This document shows, piece by piece, positions 39,676 to 41,186 of a stretch of DNA of 41,186 bases (within the stretch, counting starts at the first letter, position 1; every line of letters begins with the position of its first letter). Below the pieces are notes generated by a model. It did not search any database, had not been told where the DNA came from, and worked only from the letters and a program-made list of their open reading frames with translations. A program made the translations under genes and the position numbers. Source of the DNA: a virus; IMG/VR virus record IMGVR_UViG_3300045988_168338. One strand, written 5' to 3'.

Positions 39676-40337
39676 GCGTCAGGCGCTCGCCGACGAATGA
39701 ATCGAAAGGAGAACGCGAAATGAGGAAGATGAAGAGATCCGATGTCCGCGAATGGATTCCAGGTGAACCGCTTGAACGGGTCGACTTCGGCAACGGTTGC
39801 ACGGGGATGGATAAGAGCATTCCTAAGGAACCCGGTCAGGTGGGCGATTTCAAGCGTCTCATTTGGAAATGCCGTGCCATTGAAGCGGACGGAGGGCCAT
39901 GTCTTGATGTGCTTCCATCCGAATATTGGATTGACGACGTTAAGCAGGGCGACTACTTCGATGTGGTCACCGACGGATCAAGTTACGGCCCATGCAGCTT
40001 CGGTGGTGCGTGGACTTATCTCGCTGGCGTTGATACGGGATGGTATCTCGCGCGAAGGAAACGACATTCCGGCTTATACGCCACTTTGCGCACCTTGTGC
40101 AACGGCATATTAGGCTCGTCGGCCCATCGCCGCGAGAACGCGACCGATGCAGAACCGTTGGTTACGGCCTCGAAGCCTTCTCGCGAATCTGCTGAACACT
40201 CTTCGAGCTGCGGTTCCACGCCTCCTTCTTTATCTCGGTCAGAGATACACGAATCTTATGACTGCGCGACATGCGGGACGACCGCCACTCAATCTCGAAA
40301 TCATCGGGAAGCAGCAGCACCGCATTCTTGCCGGTGA
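39672..40337 (+). CDS. Hypothetical protein (3' extent doubtful)
   Basis: ATGA overlap with cro. Coding bias is moderate up to about 40100. The last ~175 nt overlap a better-supported minus-strand frame. Confidence 0.4.
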   Translation: MSVRRSPTNESKGEREMRKMKRSDVREWIPGEPLERVDFGNGCTGMDKSIPKEPGQVGDFKRLIWKCRAIEADGGPCLDVLPSEYWIDDVKQGDYFDVVTDGSSYGPCSFGGAWTYLAGVDTGWYLARRKRHSGLYATLRTLCNGILGSSAHRRENATDAEPLVTASKPSRESAEHSSSCGSTPPSLSRSEIHESYDCATCGTTATQSRNHREAAAPHSCR

Positions 40338-40640
40338 ATCCGGTATGGCAGATCTGATTCGGTCTCAACTGCTTGGCCAACAGCGGCGTATAGGGGCTTG
40401 TTCCGAACGTTGCCTGAGGGGGGGGATTCGGACGTCATACATCGTCAGAGGCCCAACAAGCCGGAAATACACGATGCTGTTCGACGTGGAATCAAGAAAA
40501 GGCTCCAGATCGGTTTTGGCCAAATCGTCCCTACGGCGAATGGAGTGGATTTGAAACTGCTGCAGAACGTTCCACGCCAAAGACGCCCCAGCAATGATGG
40601 TCGAAGCCCAGCCTGCCGGATCCTCAAGAAAACTACTCAC
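40162..40640 (-). pseudogene. Membrane-anchored hypothetical gene interrupted by a G8 (C8 on the coding strand) homopolymer
   Basis: Minus ORFs 40365..40682 and 40162..40380 are joined into one ~160-codon frame by adding one C at 40418-40425. The downstream frame has about 72 percent GC3. N-terminal TM WASTIIAGASLAWNVL. Confidence 0.5.
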
Positions 40641-40664
40641 AAACTCGATTCTAAGGAGAATCCA

Positions 40665-41186
40665 ATGAACAATGAAATCCAACGATTCGATTTCAGGGGC
40701 GCATTATTGCGCACCTTGACCGATGAGGCGGGGGAGCCTTGGTTCGTCGCCAAGGACGTGTGCGACATCCTCGGCCACTCAAACGTGAGCATGGCGCTTG
40801 ATCGTCTCGATGATGACGAACGGTCTAAGTTCAACTTAGGGCGTCAGGGTGAGACAAACATCGTCAACGAAGCCGGCCTCTACGTGCTCGTGCTTGGCTC
40901 CCGCAAGCCGGAAGCTCACGAGTTCAAACGTTGGGTGACGCACGAGGTGCTGCCGTCCATCCGCAAAACCGGCGGCTACATCCCGACGTCCGAGTCGGAT
41001 TCGGATGAGGACATCATGGCCAGGGCCGTGCTCGTCGCGCAGAAGACCATCAAACAAAAGAACCAGCAGATCGCCGAACAGCAGACGCGCATCGTGGAAC
41101 TGGAGCCGAAAGCGCGGTTCGCGGACGCCGTGGCCGCGTCCGACGGCACGTGCCTGGTCGGCGAGCTCGCGAAGATGCTCCGGCAA
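40665..41186 (+). CDS. Phage antirepressor, N-terminal BRO-N domain part (continues at 120..380 after circularisation)
   Basis: SD TAAGGAGAA then ATG 40665. FDFRGALLRTLTDEAGEPWFVAKDVCDILGH...NEAGLYVLVLGSRKPEAHEFKRWVTHEVLPSIRKTGGY. Open at the window end. Confidence 0.85.
   Translation, partial: MNNEIQRFDFRGALLRTLTDEAGEPWFVAKDVCDILGHSNVSMALDRLDDDERSKFNLGRQGETNIVNEAGLYVLVLGSRKPEAHEFKRWVTHEVLPSIRKTGGYIPTSESDSDEDIMARAVLVAQKTIKQKNQQIAEQQTRIVELEPKARFADAVAASDGTCLVGELAKMLRQ
41068..41186. repeat. Terminal direct repeat (identical to 1-119)
   Basis: Exact 119-nt match to the window start. Confidence 0.95.

Noticed and set aside
40836-41186. 116-aa minus-strand ORF at the window end
   Set aside because: It is the exact antisense of the well-supported BRO-N antirepressor frame, has a TTG start with no SD, and translates to Arg/Leu-rich sequence.
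1-41186. CRISPR arrays, diversity-generating retroelements, invertase shufflons, transposases
   Set aside because: There are no regularly spaced direct repeats with unique spacers. No reverse transcriptase, serine invertase or transposase-like ORF was seen. The tail-fibre repeats are in-frame protein repeats, not a template/variable repeat pair.

Overview
The window is a complete temperate siphovirus genome from a high-GC host, probably actinobacterial or Bifidobacterium-like (host call is inference only). Bases 1-119 are identical to 41068-41186, so the unit genome is about 41,067 bp and circularly closed, and the junction splits an antirepressor gene. Reading clockwise, the modules are as follows. 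(1) An accessory island at 380-2137, then an early/replication module at 2166-8830: SSB, ParB-like nuclease, an origin-binding initiator with iterons embedded in its gene, HNH, an Orn-like exonuclease, a Lar-like protein and a lipoprotein. (2) An accessory island at 8851-10333 carrying HicAB, an antitoxin fragment and a small-membrane-protein module. (3) Packaging: HNH, an orphan AEP primase-polymerase-like gene, a P27-type small terminase, large terminase and portal. (4) Head: a MuF protein fused to an EndoU-like toxin plus a candidate immunity gene, scaffold and an HK97-type capsid. (5) Neck and tail: a chaperone pair with a -1 frameshift, a 1044-aa tape measure, Dit, Tal and a fibre. (6) Lysis: holin and a CHAP endolysin. 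(7) A second small-membrane-protein module, the attP region and a tyrosine integrase. (8) An immunity region with two ImmA-like peptidases, RhuM, a CI-like repressor with a truncated paralog, palindromic operators and Cro. The most unusual items are: a 118-bp structured bidirectional control cassette duplicated exactly 1000 bp apart around unknown genes; a 114-nt tRNA-like element with an acceptor stem and a canonical T-arm but no D or anticodon arm; two paralogous three-gene modules of tiny membrane proteins plus an HTH protein; a promoter-hairpin-terminator unit inside the late operon; a cluster of reading-frame disruptions at 31.1-32.1 kb; and a G8 tract interrupting a gene in the immunity region. 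All functional calls rest on motif recognition by eye. No database search was run.
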